From Candidatus Brocadiia bacterium (GTDB lineage: Bacteria; Planctomycetota; Brocadiia; SM23-32): 64,000 nt of DNA. How positions within the stretch are numbered: position 1 is the first letter of the stretch; every line of letters begins with the position of its first letter. Below the pieces are notes generated by a model. It saw nothing but the letters and a program-made list of their open reading frames with translations. It did no database searches and was not told the origin of the DNA. This document shows, one piece after another, positions 51,429 to 60,730 of this stretch. The position numbers and the translations under genes were made by a program. The stretch is from assembly GCA_046538485.1 (NCBI GenBank), contig JBKHIT010000006.1, positions 1 through 64,000 on the forward strand, given 5' to 3'.

Positions 51429-51595
51429 GCCTTCATTTGATTGTTCACGACACATTTATTTGCGACATTGTTATTCTATCCTTATTTGCTGCAAAGCATT
51501 ACGACGCCCTGGCAATTTCTACAGCAAACCAGTACGACAAAGGACTCTTTGTTAGAAAGAACGTAAGCGCGTTCTTTTTTATAACAATTTTCGGC

Positions 51596-52575
51596 GCGAG
51601 GAGAAACGTTTTTGTGTTGGCGGACTTTCCTCCAATTTGTCCGCCTCAAGTCCAGTTTCGCCCGCCGCTGGCGCGCTCAGCTGAACTCGAGTCTCAATCC
51701 CCCCGAGCGGGCTGGACTTCAGCCAGCGGCTGGAGTTCAGAACGCGGTGCATAAACCCAACGGTTCACTAACAAAACAGTCAACAATTGACAGCAGGTCA
51801 CGCAGGGAGATCTATCCTGCTATGAACCATTGCCACGAAACCGCGGATGCCAACCGATGCGCCGTCATAGTAGTGCAAGCATCTTGCTTGCAACTTTTCC
51901 GTTATTCTGCCAGAAGAGATCAGGTCAATTATCCGAACTCCATCTGTGACAGGCAGGAGTACCTGTTTAGCCCGGAGATACCCCTTCGTGGGTCATTGCG
52001 AGTCCATCGCGAGATGGGCGAAGCAATCTGGTCGTTTTTTCAGCCCAACAGCGAGATTGCCGCGGCGTCCCACAGCGCGGAACGCCTCGCAATGACATTG
52101 TGGGCGTGGATGGCCGATGTAGGGCACGCTAAATGCATACGCCCTGAAAGGGCAGCATATAACAGCCCGCCGGGGTGCAGAGGGCTGAAAGCCCTCGGAG
52201 CCCTGGGGTACAGGTATGCATTGAGAAAAAAGTGGGCTGAAGGTCCACCACAAAACGACGAAAGATAAAGGCAAAGCGGCGCCCCCCGTGGGGGATTCAA
52301 TGGGCAGACGTTCCTGCCATTTTAAATATCATTGGCATTGGCATACCCCCTTCCAGGTGGTCCACCGCGACTCGCGCCCCCGTGGGGGATTCAATTTTCG
52401 GAAATATCAGTTTCACCGGCAGAGCTTACTAAGGCCCTTGCAGCACCCCCGATGTAGTCTACCGCGACTCGCGGTCGCCGCACTCCACAGCCGGCTGGCG
52501 CCGGCGGGGTTCATGCACGACCCGGTGCTGATACGATTGTCCGCCACGCCGCATATTCCGTTCCGGAACAAACAA
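51596..52575. repeat. Composite palindromic repeat mosaic, locus 2 (modules F, GTAG-hairpin, E, A, B with two cassettes, C)
   Basis: 52141-52575 homologous to 415-756; GTAG-TGCAAGCA-TCT-TGCTTGCA at 51870-51892; 21-bp identity with 59926-59946. Confidence 0.85.
51992..52096. repeat. Empty GTCATTGCGAG...CTCGCAATGAC cruciform repeat (module E)
   Basis: 11-bp terminal IR, inner GCAATCT/AGATTGC IR; 52047-52097 is 48/51 identical to the reverse complement of 58000-58050. Confidence 0.9.
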
Positions 52576-52586
52576 CAAATGGCGCC

Positions 52587-54032
52587 TTATACAAACCGCA
52601 TACTGTAAAGGTCCGCATCCCGCATTACAAAACGAAGCCGCACCGGTTCTCCAGCCAATTCACTGACATCTGCCCCGTCTTCCCAACTCGCACAACCGGC
52701 GATCCGGTTCCCAAAAATATCCTCGGCTTCCTCCAGACTATAGCCCGGAACCGGATTTCCGTCCGGGTCGCACATTTCCACGCCCATGCTTCCCGCGGCA
52801 CTTGTGCTGTAATTCAGCTCCAGTTTCTTGCCGGAAAACACAAGCGGTTTGGTCAAAAACTCTCCACCGCTGTAGCGAGCCTGTACCGAGCAGAAACCGT
52901 CAAGCCGCAGGCTGTAGCGGCGCAGCTGGTTGCCGGGTTGGGCATAATGCTCATCCACATAAAAACTCATCTCTTCGGGCCCCGTCTGCACAACGCCATT
53001 GGCCGGATAATTGCATCTGGCCGACCAGTGGCTCGCTCCGATTCGCGGACGCACAAAAGCCTCCATAAACGTCCGGTCATACCACGAATGTCCCGGCCGC
53101 GTCGTCATGAAACAGGCGTCGCTGCAGGCCGACATCTGGGTTTCATGCACGCCAATCGCTTCCCCTTCTTCCTCGGTGATAGCCGGACGGTTTCCCATGA
53201 AGCGTGCCGGCAGAGCGACGTAAATGTGCGGCGCGCGGAAGTACGGTCGCGTCTGGTTAATATAGAACTGTTCGGCCGGTGCCGGTTGATCCGCGGTCCG
53301 ATAATCCATTAAAACCCCCGGTCCCCATGACCGAAAATCTTCACTGGTCGCTCGCATAATGGCCCGCAGGCGATCCGGATACGTCGTAGGACCTGTCTCT
53401 CCCGACTCAAAGCTGTCTTTCTCGACAAAAGTTCGGTAATAGGCGACGTATTTCTGCTCGGTCCCGCTCCAGAACCCAACGTTCTGGGAGTCGAAAGCGC
53501 CGTCGGTGATGATCGGTTCGTCTTGCAGCAACTCCCATTCAATTCCATCGGCGCTGACGAAAGCATAAAGCACCGGTTTCTTTCCACCATCTTTTTCTAT
53601 ACAGCCCCGGCTGAACGCCTTGAAACGTTCTTCAGCCGGCACGCCCGGCCGAGTATCGAGGAACGGTGCAAACGTGTGAGTGTACGGTTCTTCCGCAAAA
53701 AAAATGTTGTTGTCTTTTCTGCCATAGCATTCGTGCATGTCCAGGTTCGGACGCTCGAAATGGATGGCATCCGTGCTCTCCGCGACACAATAGGCCGCGT
53801 TTTCATTGGGCACCTGCCAGCCTCGGTAGTACATCAGATACCGGTCCCCATCGTGAATGATCGTATCATACAGCGAAAACGGACCTTCCCACGGTTTATT
53901 ATGATGCAGAACCACCTCCTGCGGCTGTGGTTCGGCCAGTTTAAGGAATGCACCATCGAGCGTATCAATCAGAAGATGATCGACGAACAGTTCGCGGCGC
54001 GAACCGATTTGAATCGGAGCGGTTTCTCCCAT
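52587..54032 (-). CDS. Glycoside-hydrolase-like five-bladed beta-propeller protein
   Basis: RELFVD, YLMYYRG, FDSQN, LRLDGF, DADLYSMRF; no signal peptide. Confidence 0.65.
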   Translation of the reverse strand: MGETAPIQIGSRRELFVDHLLIDTLDGAFLKLAEPQPQEVVLHHNKPWEGPFSLYDTIIHDGDRYLMYYRGWQVPNENAAYCVAESTDAIHFERPNLDMHECYGRKDNNIFFAEEPYTHTFAPFLDTRPGVPAEERFKAFSRGCIEKDGGKKPVLYAFVSADGIEWELLQDEPIITDGAFDSQNVGFWSGTEQKYVAYYRTFVEKDSFESGETGPTTYPDRLRAIMRATSEDFRSWGPGVLMDYRTADQPAPAEQFYINQTRPYFRAPHIYVALPARFMGNRPAITEEEGEAIGVHETQMSACSDACFMTTRPGHSWYDRTFMEAFVRPRIGASHWSARCNYPANGVVQTGPEEMSFYVDEHYAQPGNQLRRYSLRLDGFCSVQARYSGGEFLTKPLVFSGKKLELNYSTSAAGSMGVEMCDPDGNPVPGYSLEEAEDIFGNRIAGCASWEDGADVSELAGEPVRLRFVMRDADLYSMRFV

Positions 54033-54151
54033 GTCACATTTCTCCCTTATTCTGGAACCTCTGGTTTTTCTGCTCAATTTCTCTTCACCAGCGACATTCG
54101 ACGCTACGCCCCGGCAAAATACCAGAAGGCAATCCTGGGGTCAATACGGCG

Positions 54152-54187
54152 AAAGGACAGAAGGGACTTAAGAGACATAAGGGACAA
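54152..54187 (+). repeat. 9-bp tandem repeat x4 (AAGGGACNN)
   Basis: AAAGGACAG AAGGGACTT AAGAGACAT AAGGGACAA. Confidence 0.7.
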
Positions 54188-54336
54188 ATGAAAAGTGGCG
54201 CTAACCAGCACTTCACATCGGTGTTCATCTTTGGTTCTCCAATCCCTCCCATTGGCCGTTGCAGTTGCACTTTTTTGATTTCCCGAATAGCCTCTCGATA
54301 ACGCCACGAAAAAATTCGGAACGGAAGGATTTTATC

Positions 54337-57300
54337 ATGGACCCGCTCATACAAAAATCCATACCCCCGCTCACGGACCTGCGCGAAATGGTGCGACAGC
54401 ACATTGTTCGCCGCAGTCTGGCCTGCATGGAAAAGGCGGCCGAACGGCGCGAGGAAGCAACCCAATCTTCCGCAACTTTAAACACATACAAAACAGCCAT
54501 TCGGGAATCGATTCACCGTTTCTATGGCAACCTCCCGGCAGGTGAAACTCAACCAGCTCCGCAAGCGGAACTCGTTTCCACATTCTCACACAACGGGTTC
54601 CGAGTCGAAAATGTGCTTTTTGAATCTTTCCCCGGCTGGCAGGTCAACGCCAGCGTTTACGTCCCTACCGACTACGAACCGCCCTTCCCCGCAGTAATCG
54701 TCCCTGTCGGGCATTCCGGCAAACAGTTCGAGAGCTATCAGCTGCCCTGCCAGTATTTCGCCCGCAGCGGGTTCGTGGCAGTCTGTTTCGATCCGCCGGG
54801 ACAGAGAAGCGAGAAACAACCGGGGAACGACCATTTTAATGACGGCGTGCGCGACTATCCGCTCGGAAAAACCTCAAGCCGATATTTCGTGGCCGACGCA
54901 CTTCGCTGCATCGACTACCTCGCAACACGTGACGACATCGACATGACCCGCGGCATCGCTATGACGGGAGTCTCGGGGGGCGGCACGACCACCACGTTCG
55001 CCGTCGGGCTTGATGACCGGATCTCTGTGATCGGCCCCTCCTGCTGTGTCGCACCACTGGCCGCCATGGATATCACGCAATGCTATGCTGGTTGCCCCGA
55101 AACACACCAGTTCGGGCGCTACTCGGAAGGTATTGACGAAGTCGATCTACTGTGCGCCACCGCACCAAAGCCCTGTCTCCTGATGGCCGGCGAGACCGAC
55201 GAAGTCTTTCGCATCGAAGACAGCCGGCGACTCGCCGAAATAGTGGCCCGATTCTACGAATGCAATGATGCTGGAGATCGTTTCGAGTTCTTTGTCGATT
55301 CCGGCGGCCACGCTTACACGCTCCGCCAGGCCCGGGAATTCACCGGGTTCATGAACTGCTGGCTTTTAGATGAACCCGACCGACCTCTGCTCGAACTGGC
55401 CGAAGCCCGTTGCTCCATGTTGCCGTACAAAGAACTCCAATGTTCCCCTCGCACAGATATCAACATGCGAACGCGTGCGGTAGCCGAAGCCGACCAGTTG
55501 GCCGAACAACGAGAATTAAAACCTCAGCAAATTCGCGAGGCGGCGGCAGAGATAGCCGGGATTACGGGAAGTGTCCCCGTCCCCGACGCCGAAATCGGCG
55601 AACCGTTCCAGGTCTGGGTACACGATTGGCGCTCTTTGATGCTGCGACCCGAGCCCGACATCGAACTCCCGGCAACCTGGCTGACCGGACGCGGCCAACA
55701 GCCCGCCACAACCCTGCTGCATTTTGACGACAACGGACGCCACAGAATGTTGCGGCGGGGAGGCATTTTGACCGGCGCCATGCGGTTTATCGACCGCGAT
55801 CGACAACCGCTCAACCTTCTAACCGTCGACCTCCGTGGATGGGGCGATACAAGGCCCACCATGTACCCCTACGAAATGGCCGGCTGGGGAAGCGTTGATC
55901 GCTACGTAGCTTACGCAACGGCCGCACTCGGGGATCATATCATGGCGATGCGAATTCGCGATGCCCTCGGAACCCTTGCCTGGCTCAAAGAACAACCCGA
56001 GGTCGACCCGTCGCGCATCATCCTCACCGGATCCGGGCTTGGGAGCATGGTTGCCCTGCACGCCGCTGCTATCGATAAGAATATCGGAGCCGTTGTCACG
56101 TCGGAGGGCCTTTCTTCGTTTCGCAGCCTTCTGGAAGCCGCGAATTACCCCTGGCCCGCCGATACATTCATGCCGAACGCGCTGAATTTCTATGACCTGC
56201 CAGAACTCGCAGCAGCGCTGACATGCCCGGTGCGAGCCCACGCGCTCCGCGACGGAACGGGAGCCGCGGCCGGTGAAAAAGAATTGACAAAATGGCAGGA
56301 GCACGACCATATTGTGGCCAAAACCGAGGGGGAAAGCGGCAGTCTACGCAAAAGTATCGAAGAATTGGCCAACCGGTCCGAAGCGATCATAAATCTCCAG
56401 GAACGTCAGCCTTTTCTCTGGGTCAATCCCCACTGGCAACCGGCAAACCAGTGTCTCCACTCCCTTCCAATGGCACACAACGACATCGAAGAGGCGGAAG
56501 CACGCTGGCAAAGGTTTGCACCGCTCCTGGAAAAGCTTTTCCCGGAATTAAGAGAAACAAACGGTATCATCGAGTCGGACTTGCTGCCCGCGCCCTCCCT
56601 CGCGAAACGGATCTTGCCGCCTGATTCTGGCAAACTCATGGTTAAAGCGGATCATGCTCTGCCGGTCGCCGGTTCAATCAAAGCCCGCGGCGGGATCTAC
56701 GCGGTGCTCCATTTTGCTGAATCGGTCGCGCTGGAAAACGGTCTGCTTGAAAACAAGGAGGACGACTACCTGACATTATCCTCGGACGAAGCCAAGCAGG
56801 TCTTTCATACATATGAATTGAGCGTCGCCAGCACCGGGAATCTGGGTTTGAGTATCGGCATCACGGGTTCAGCGCTCGGTTTCCCCGTCACAGTTCACAT
56901 GTCCCACGAAGCCAAAGAATGGAAGAAGGAACGGTTGCGCCACCGAGATGTAAACGTCATCGAACACCAATCCGACTACACCGCCGCCTGCAAAGTGGCG
57001 CGTCAGGAAGCCGCCGATAACCCGCGAAATCATTTCATCGACGATGAGAATTCCGTCGAACTTTTCCTCGGCTACGCCACCGCGCTTCCCCGGTTGAAAC
57101 ACCAGCTGACGCAAGCCGGAATCACCATCGATTCCGAACACCCGCTCTTCATCTACCTGCCCTGCGGCGTGGGCGGCGCACCGGGAGGAATCACATTTGC
57201 CGCACGTCACGTCTTCGGAGACGACGCTCACTGCTTCTTTGTGGAACCGGTCGATGCGCCGTGTATGACTCTCGGGCTCCTCTCGGAGCGCCATTTCGAT

Positions 57301-57681
57301 ACGTCGATCTACGCTCTCGGATTGGACCTGGAAACAGACGCCGACGGGCTCGCGGTATCCAGACCCTCTCGTTTTGTGGGAAAACTGATGGTTCCCTTGC
57401 TGAGCGGATGCTGCACAATGGAAGATGAAGCGATGTACCGCCACGTCCTGGACCTCTACGAAACCGAAAGCATCGAAGTCGAGCCATCCGCCGCAGCCGG
57501 CTGCGTTGTCCCATGGATGCTTTTTGAGACCGATGCGGGCCGTCAGTATCTCGAACAACACACCCTGACGCCGTGTTTGCCGAATACCACACACCTCGTC
57601 TGGACGACCGGCGGGCTTTTTGTGCCTCCGAAACAACATCAGCACTTCCGCGACATCGCCCGGAAACAAAAGAAGAGGTAG
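54337..57681 (+). CDS. dsdA: Fusion: tandem alpha/beta-hydrolase (acetylxylan-esterase-like) + D-serine ammonia-lyase (DsdA)
   Basis: N-part GVSGGG, DLRGWGDT, GSGLG; C-part from about 56365 FLWVNP, GSIKARGG, STGNLG, LPCGVGGAPGG, DGLAV, EPSAAAG, WTTGG; single open frame. Confidence 0.85.
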   Translation: MDPLIQKSIPPLTDLREMVRQHIVRRSLACMEKAAERREEATQSSATLNTYKTAIRESIHRFYGNLPAGETQPAPQAELVSTFSHNGFRVENVLFESFPGWQVNASVYVPTDYEPPFPAVIVPVGHSGKQFESYQLPCQYFARSGFVAVCFDPPGQRSEKQPGNDHFNDGVRDYPLGKTSSRYFVADALRCIDYLATRDDIDMTRGIAMTGVSGGGTTTTFAVGLDDRISVIGPSCCVAPLAAMDITQCYAGCPETHQFGRYSEGIDEVDLLCATAPKPCLLMAGETDEVFRIEDSRRLAEIVARFYECNDAGDRFEFFVDSGGHAYTLRQAREFTGFMNCWLLDEPDRPLLELAEARCSMLPYKELQCSPRTDINMRTRAVAEADQLAEQRELKPQQIREAAAEIAGITGSVPVPDAEIGEPFQVWVHDWRSLMLRPEPDIELPATWLTGRGQQPATTLLHFDDNGRHRMLRRGGILTGAMRFIDRDRQPLNLLTVDLRGWGDTRPTMYPYEMAGWGSVDRYVAYATAALGDHIMAMRIRDALGTLAWLKEQPEVDPSRIILTGSGLGSMVALHAAAIDKNIGAVVTSEGLSSFRSLLEAANYPWPADTFMPNALNFYDLPELAAALTCPVRAHALRDGTGAAAGEKELTKWQEHDHIVAKTEGESGSLRKSIEELANRSEAIINLQERQPFLWVNPHWQPANQCLHSLPMAHNDIEEAEARWQRFAPLLEKLFPELRETNGIIESDLLPAPSLAKRILPPDSGKLMVKADHALPVAGSIKARGGIYAVLHFAESVALENGLLENKEDDYLTLSSDEAKQVFHTYELSVASTGNLGLSIGITGSALGFPVTVHMSHEAKEWKKERLRHRDVNVIEHQSDYTAACKVARQEAADNPRNHFIDDENSVELFLGYATALPRLKHQLTQAGITIDSEHPLFIYLPCGVGGAPGGITFAARHVFGDDAHCFFVEPVDAPCMTLGLLSERHFDTSIYALGLDLETDADGLAVSRPSRFVGKLMVPLLSGCCTMEDEAMYRHVLDLYETESIEVEPSAAAGCVVPWMLFETDAGRQYLEQHTLTPCLPNTTHLVWTTGGLFVPPKQHQHFRDIARKQKKR

Positions 57682-57765
57682 GTATCGACGATCAAGAATA
57701 GCATTTTCCGGCATCCGAGTGGTACGCATCTGGCGCCTTTTGCATCGGCCATTGAGAACTTACCT

Positions 57766-57853
57766 GTCATTGCGAGGCAGCGTAGCCCCGGCGATTTCGT
57801 TGTTGGGCCAAAAAACGACGAGATTGCTTCGTCACTGCGTTCCTCGCAATGAC
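57766..57853. repeat. Empty GTCATTGCGAGG...CCTCGCAATGAC cruciform repeat (module E)
   Basis: Perfect 12-bp terminal IR; inner 14-bp stem 57791-57804/57814-57827. Confidence 0.9.
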
Positions 57854-57999
57854 CGGGTGGCGTCTACCTGCCGTTGGGAGGGGTTAGTATGTCTGTATGA
57901 AGTACATTATCCTTAGCCCTTCGGGCTGACGCGTCATTATGAAGTATCCTTCCGTGATTTACGATGACATCGGCGTTGCATTAGCTGTCCACGCTCACA

Positions 58000-58430
58000 T
58001 GTCATTGCGAGGCGTTCCGCGCAGCGGGACGCTGCGGCAATCTCGCTGTTCCTGTTCAACAAGAAGCAGTAAACCATGGCAAAACCAATGTGGGTATACA
58101 TTATGACCAACAAAAGCAATACAACTATCTACACAGGTGTAACGAACAGCCTCCATCGCCGAGTACATGAACATCGCACGGGGAAAGGCAGTAGCTTCAC
58201 CAAGAGGTATAAGATTCGGAAGTTGGTGTATTACGAGTTCTACGAGAAACCGCAACGCGCAATTGAGCGAGAAAAACAAATCAAAGGTGGTTCACGTAAG
58301 ACTAAGATTCAACTCATCGAAACCGTTAATCCGCAATGGGAAGATCTTTACGATGAACAGTCGGCCGACATTACGCCGATTGAAGCAAAACGACGAGATT
58401 AATTCGTCACTGCGTTCCTCGCGACGACCG
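58000..58430 (+). mobile_element. Module-E repeat carrying a GIY-YIG gene between its arms (putative autonomous copy)
   Basis: Left arm 58000-58050, gene 58076-58402, right arm 58387-58430 (40/44 identical to 57812-57855); mobility is inferred. Confidence 0.6.
58076..58402 (+). CDS. Small stand-alone GIY-YIG nuclease
   Basis: VYIMTN..TIYTGVTNSLHRRVHEH, FTKRY, LVYYE, AIEREKQIK, NPQWEDL. Confidence 0.93.
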   Translation: MAKPMWVYIMTNKSNTTIYTGVTNSLHRRVHEHRTGKGSSFTKRYKIRKLVYYEFYEKPQRAIEREKQIKGGSRKTKIQLIETVNPQWEDLYDEQSADITPIEAKRRD

Positions 58431-58483
58431 TATATGAGTCACCTGGAGGCAAAGTCAACTGCCAAACCAAAGGAGAAACAACA

Positions 58484-59506
58484 ATGGATCAGAAAGCCCT
58501 CGTTTACAAAGGATACCCCCCGGATCATTGTTGCTGCGATAGCACTTTGCGGATTCTACCAAACGGCGAATTCGCCGCCTTTTTCATGACCGGCGGCCTG
58601 CGAGAACCGGACATGCGAAATCATATTGCGCTCTGCCGTTCCACCAACCCCGGACTCGCCTGGTCTCACGAACCAGAAATCGTTTTGCAGAGCAACGACC
58701 GGGCCTGTCTCCTCTCCGAAGTTTATGTTGACAACGACCGCATCGTCGTCCAGGTCACCACCCACGATGGAAGTTTTGGGGACTGGCGCAATTTCACCAT
58801 TGAAAGTCGGGACAACGCCGGGACCTGGAGCGAACCAGAACCTTTCGATCCGCTGCCGCAACGCGGATTCGTGCGCAACCGTTATGTCGCTTCCTGGGGC
58901 GAGTGGTACCTGCCACTTCAACATTATGAAACCCACGGAAATGCGGAGGTCGCCCCCCAGACCGACGGTTCGTTCAAACGCCCCCGCAACGGGGTTCTGA
59001 TAAGTTCAGACCGGGGGCAGTCGTGGACAAAATCCGAGACCGTAACCGGTGCGAACGCCTGGTCAGAAAACAATGTCGTCGAACTCTCCGATGGTTCCAT
59101 GGCCATGCTCATCCGCTCCGACGGCGCAGGTTGTCTGAAGCGCACGGATTCCGAGGACCGCGGACGCAGCTGGACCCCGCCGCGTCCCACCGGGATCCCG
59201 AACCCTGGAAGTAAAGCGCGTCTCTACCGTTTCAGTGACGGACGCATACTGCTCGTCCACAACCCAAATTCGGAGACATCCCATCCGAACGCCCGCCCGC
59301 AGGCCGCCTGTCAGCGCAATCCGCTTTCAATCTGGATTTCGGACGACGATATGTGCACGTGGGGATATAAACGCGATCTTACAGATTTCCCCGGTATGCT
59401 CGCCTACCCCGACGGCATCCTCGATGAGGAGAACAACATCCTGCACATCGCCTTCGACTACAACCGCCACGACGTTATCTACTGGGGTGCCGAACTTCCG
59501 GGCTAA
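58484..59506 (+). CDS. Sialidase-like (BNR/Asp-box) protein
   Basis: Asp-boxes SRDNAGTW, SSDRGQSW, SEDRGRSW, SDDDMCTW; RNPL and YP motifs. Confidence 0.85.
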   Translation: MDQKALVYKGYPPDHCCCDSTLRILPNGEFAAFFMTGGLREPDMRNHIALCRSTNPGLAWSHEPEIVLQSNDRACLLSEVYVDNDRIVVQVTTHDGSFGDWRNFTIESRDNAGTWSEPEPFDPLPQRGFVRNRYVASWGEWYLPLQHYETHGNAEVAPQTDGSFKRPRNGVLISSDRGQSWTKSETVTGANAWSENNVVELSDGSMAMLIRSDGAGCLKRTDSEDRGRSWTPPRPTGIPNPGSKARLYRFSDGRILLVHNPNSETSHPNARPQAACQRNPLSIWISDDDMCTWGYKRDLTDFPGMLAYPDGILDEENNILHIAFDYNRHDVIYWGAELPG

Positions 59507-59808
59507 TTACTTTTTTGGCGCCAGGTCTCGGATCCCGTCCATAATTTTTCGTCTCAAGGGTACGATTCACCGTATGCCACACTGCAGCAATTGAGGCAGC
59601 CCTTCAGACCGCGGCGGGTTCGTGCAACGACACGTCAAACTTAATAGTCGATGGCACCGTACGCTAAATGGATACGGCCCGTCTATGGCACTATTCGACT
59701 TCTGTCCGCCAAACCAGCGTACGAAATCTATCAGGAAGGCAGTTGTAAGACCCAGAAACATATTAATGTGGGCTAAAAGTCCACCACATATCATATCGAA
59801 CACCAATG

Positions 59809-60683
59809 CGGGTCTGACGACTCGGCCCACAAGCTGGAGAGCCTGTGCTACATGCGTACTTCGTGCCTGTCAGGGGTCTGGCTGCGAGGAGAAAAGTTTT
59901 TTGTTCTCCCGTGCACTTCTGCAAGATTTGTCCGCCTCAAGTCCAGCAAGATGCCTGCCGGTACTCTGACGGCTGGCTATGCCCGGCCGCGAGGCATCCT
60001 GCCCGTACCCGTTCATCCGCGGCTACCTCTGCGTCGCCCCCTTCGGGGCTTTTATGTTATGGGACCGATCTGACCCGGAGCTTGCGCGCCAAAAGACAGC
60101 GCGACCGCGCACCGGGCTAGCCCTGCACCGCCCACTCGTGGGCTTTGCTTGCCGGGCCGTTAGTCGACCCAAGCGGGTCAGCTCTGCACGGCCCACTTCC
60201 TGAGCATCCCTGTGATGATTTGAGCCCCTGAGAAGGGGCGATCGCAGACATAGCCCGGGGCGCGCCCGTTGTGCGGGCAAGCCCCGGGACCCGCACGCCT
60301 CACATAATTTCCAAACCCCGAAGGGGTGACGCAGCACCGCTTTTACTTTCGTCCACAGAGATAAAATGTCCGGCGAAAAATTATAGGAACCTTTTTTCTT
60401 GATTTCAGGCTTATCGGATTGCCGTAGCATCTGAGATTTTCATACCAATTGGAAGCGGCGCCCCCTGTGGGGGATTCGATGGGGCAGACGTGCCTGCCAT
60501 TTTAAATATCATTGGTATTGGCATACCCCCTTCCAGGTAGTCCACCGCGACTCGCGGTCGGCGGCGGGGTTCATACACGAACCGGGGGTGATACGATTGT
60601 CAGGCACACACCCCATTCGGTTTCGGATCAAACGGTAACGACTCCGGGCCTAACGACCCGGTCCACAGGCTGGAGAGCCTGTG
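59809..60683. repeat. Composite palindromic repeat mosaic, locus 3 (D', F, A-like, B, C, D)
   Basis: 60454-60683 homologous to 547-790; 59809-59852 second D copy ending GCCTGTGCTACA; GCCCCTTCGGGGC and ACCCCGAAGGGGT hairpins. Confidence 0.85.
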
Positions 60684-60730
60684 AAATCTGCTATCGGCCG
60701 CTACCGTACCCTCAAAAAGGCGTCGCAGGC

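Noticed and set aside
51621..51632. Minus-strand GAGGAAAGTCCG, the RNase P RNA signature
   Set aside because: The following bases do not fit, no 3' ACAGAA..CGGCTTA partner lies at the expected distance (it would fall inside the GntR CDS), and the motif is part of a local GGCGGAC/GTCCGCC hairpin.
52275..52487. CRISPR array interpretation of the repeat/payload units
   Set aside because: At most two units, the same payload recurs at three loci, the outer repeats are split halves, and no cas genes are present. Kept only as a non-CRISPR cassette finding.
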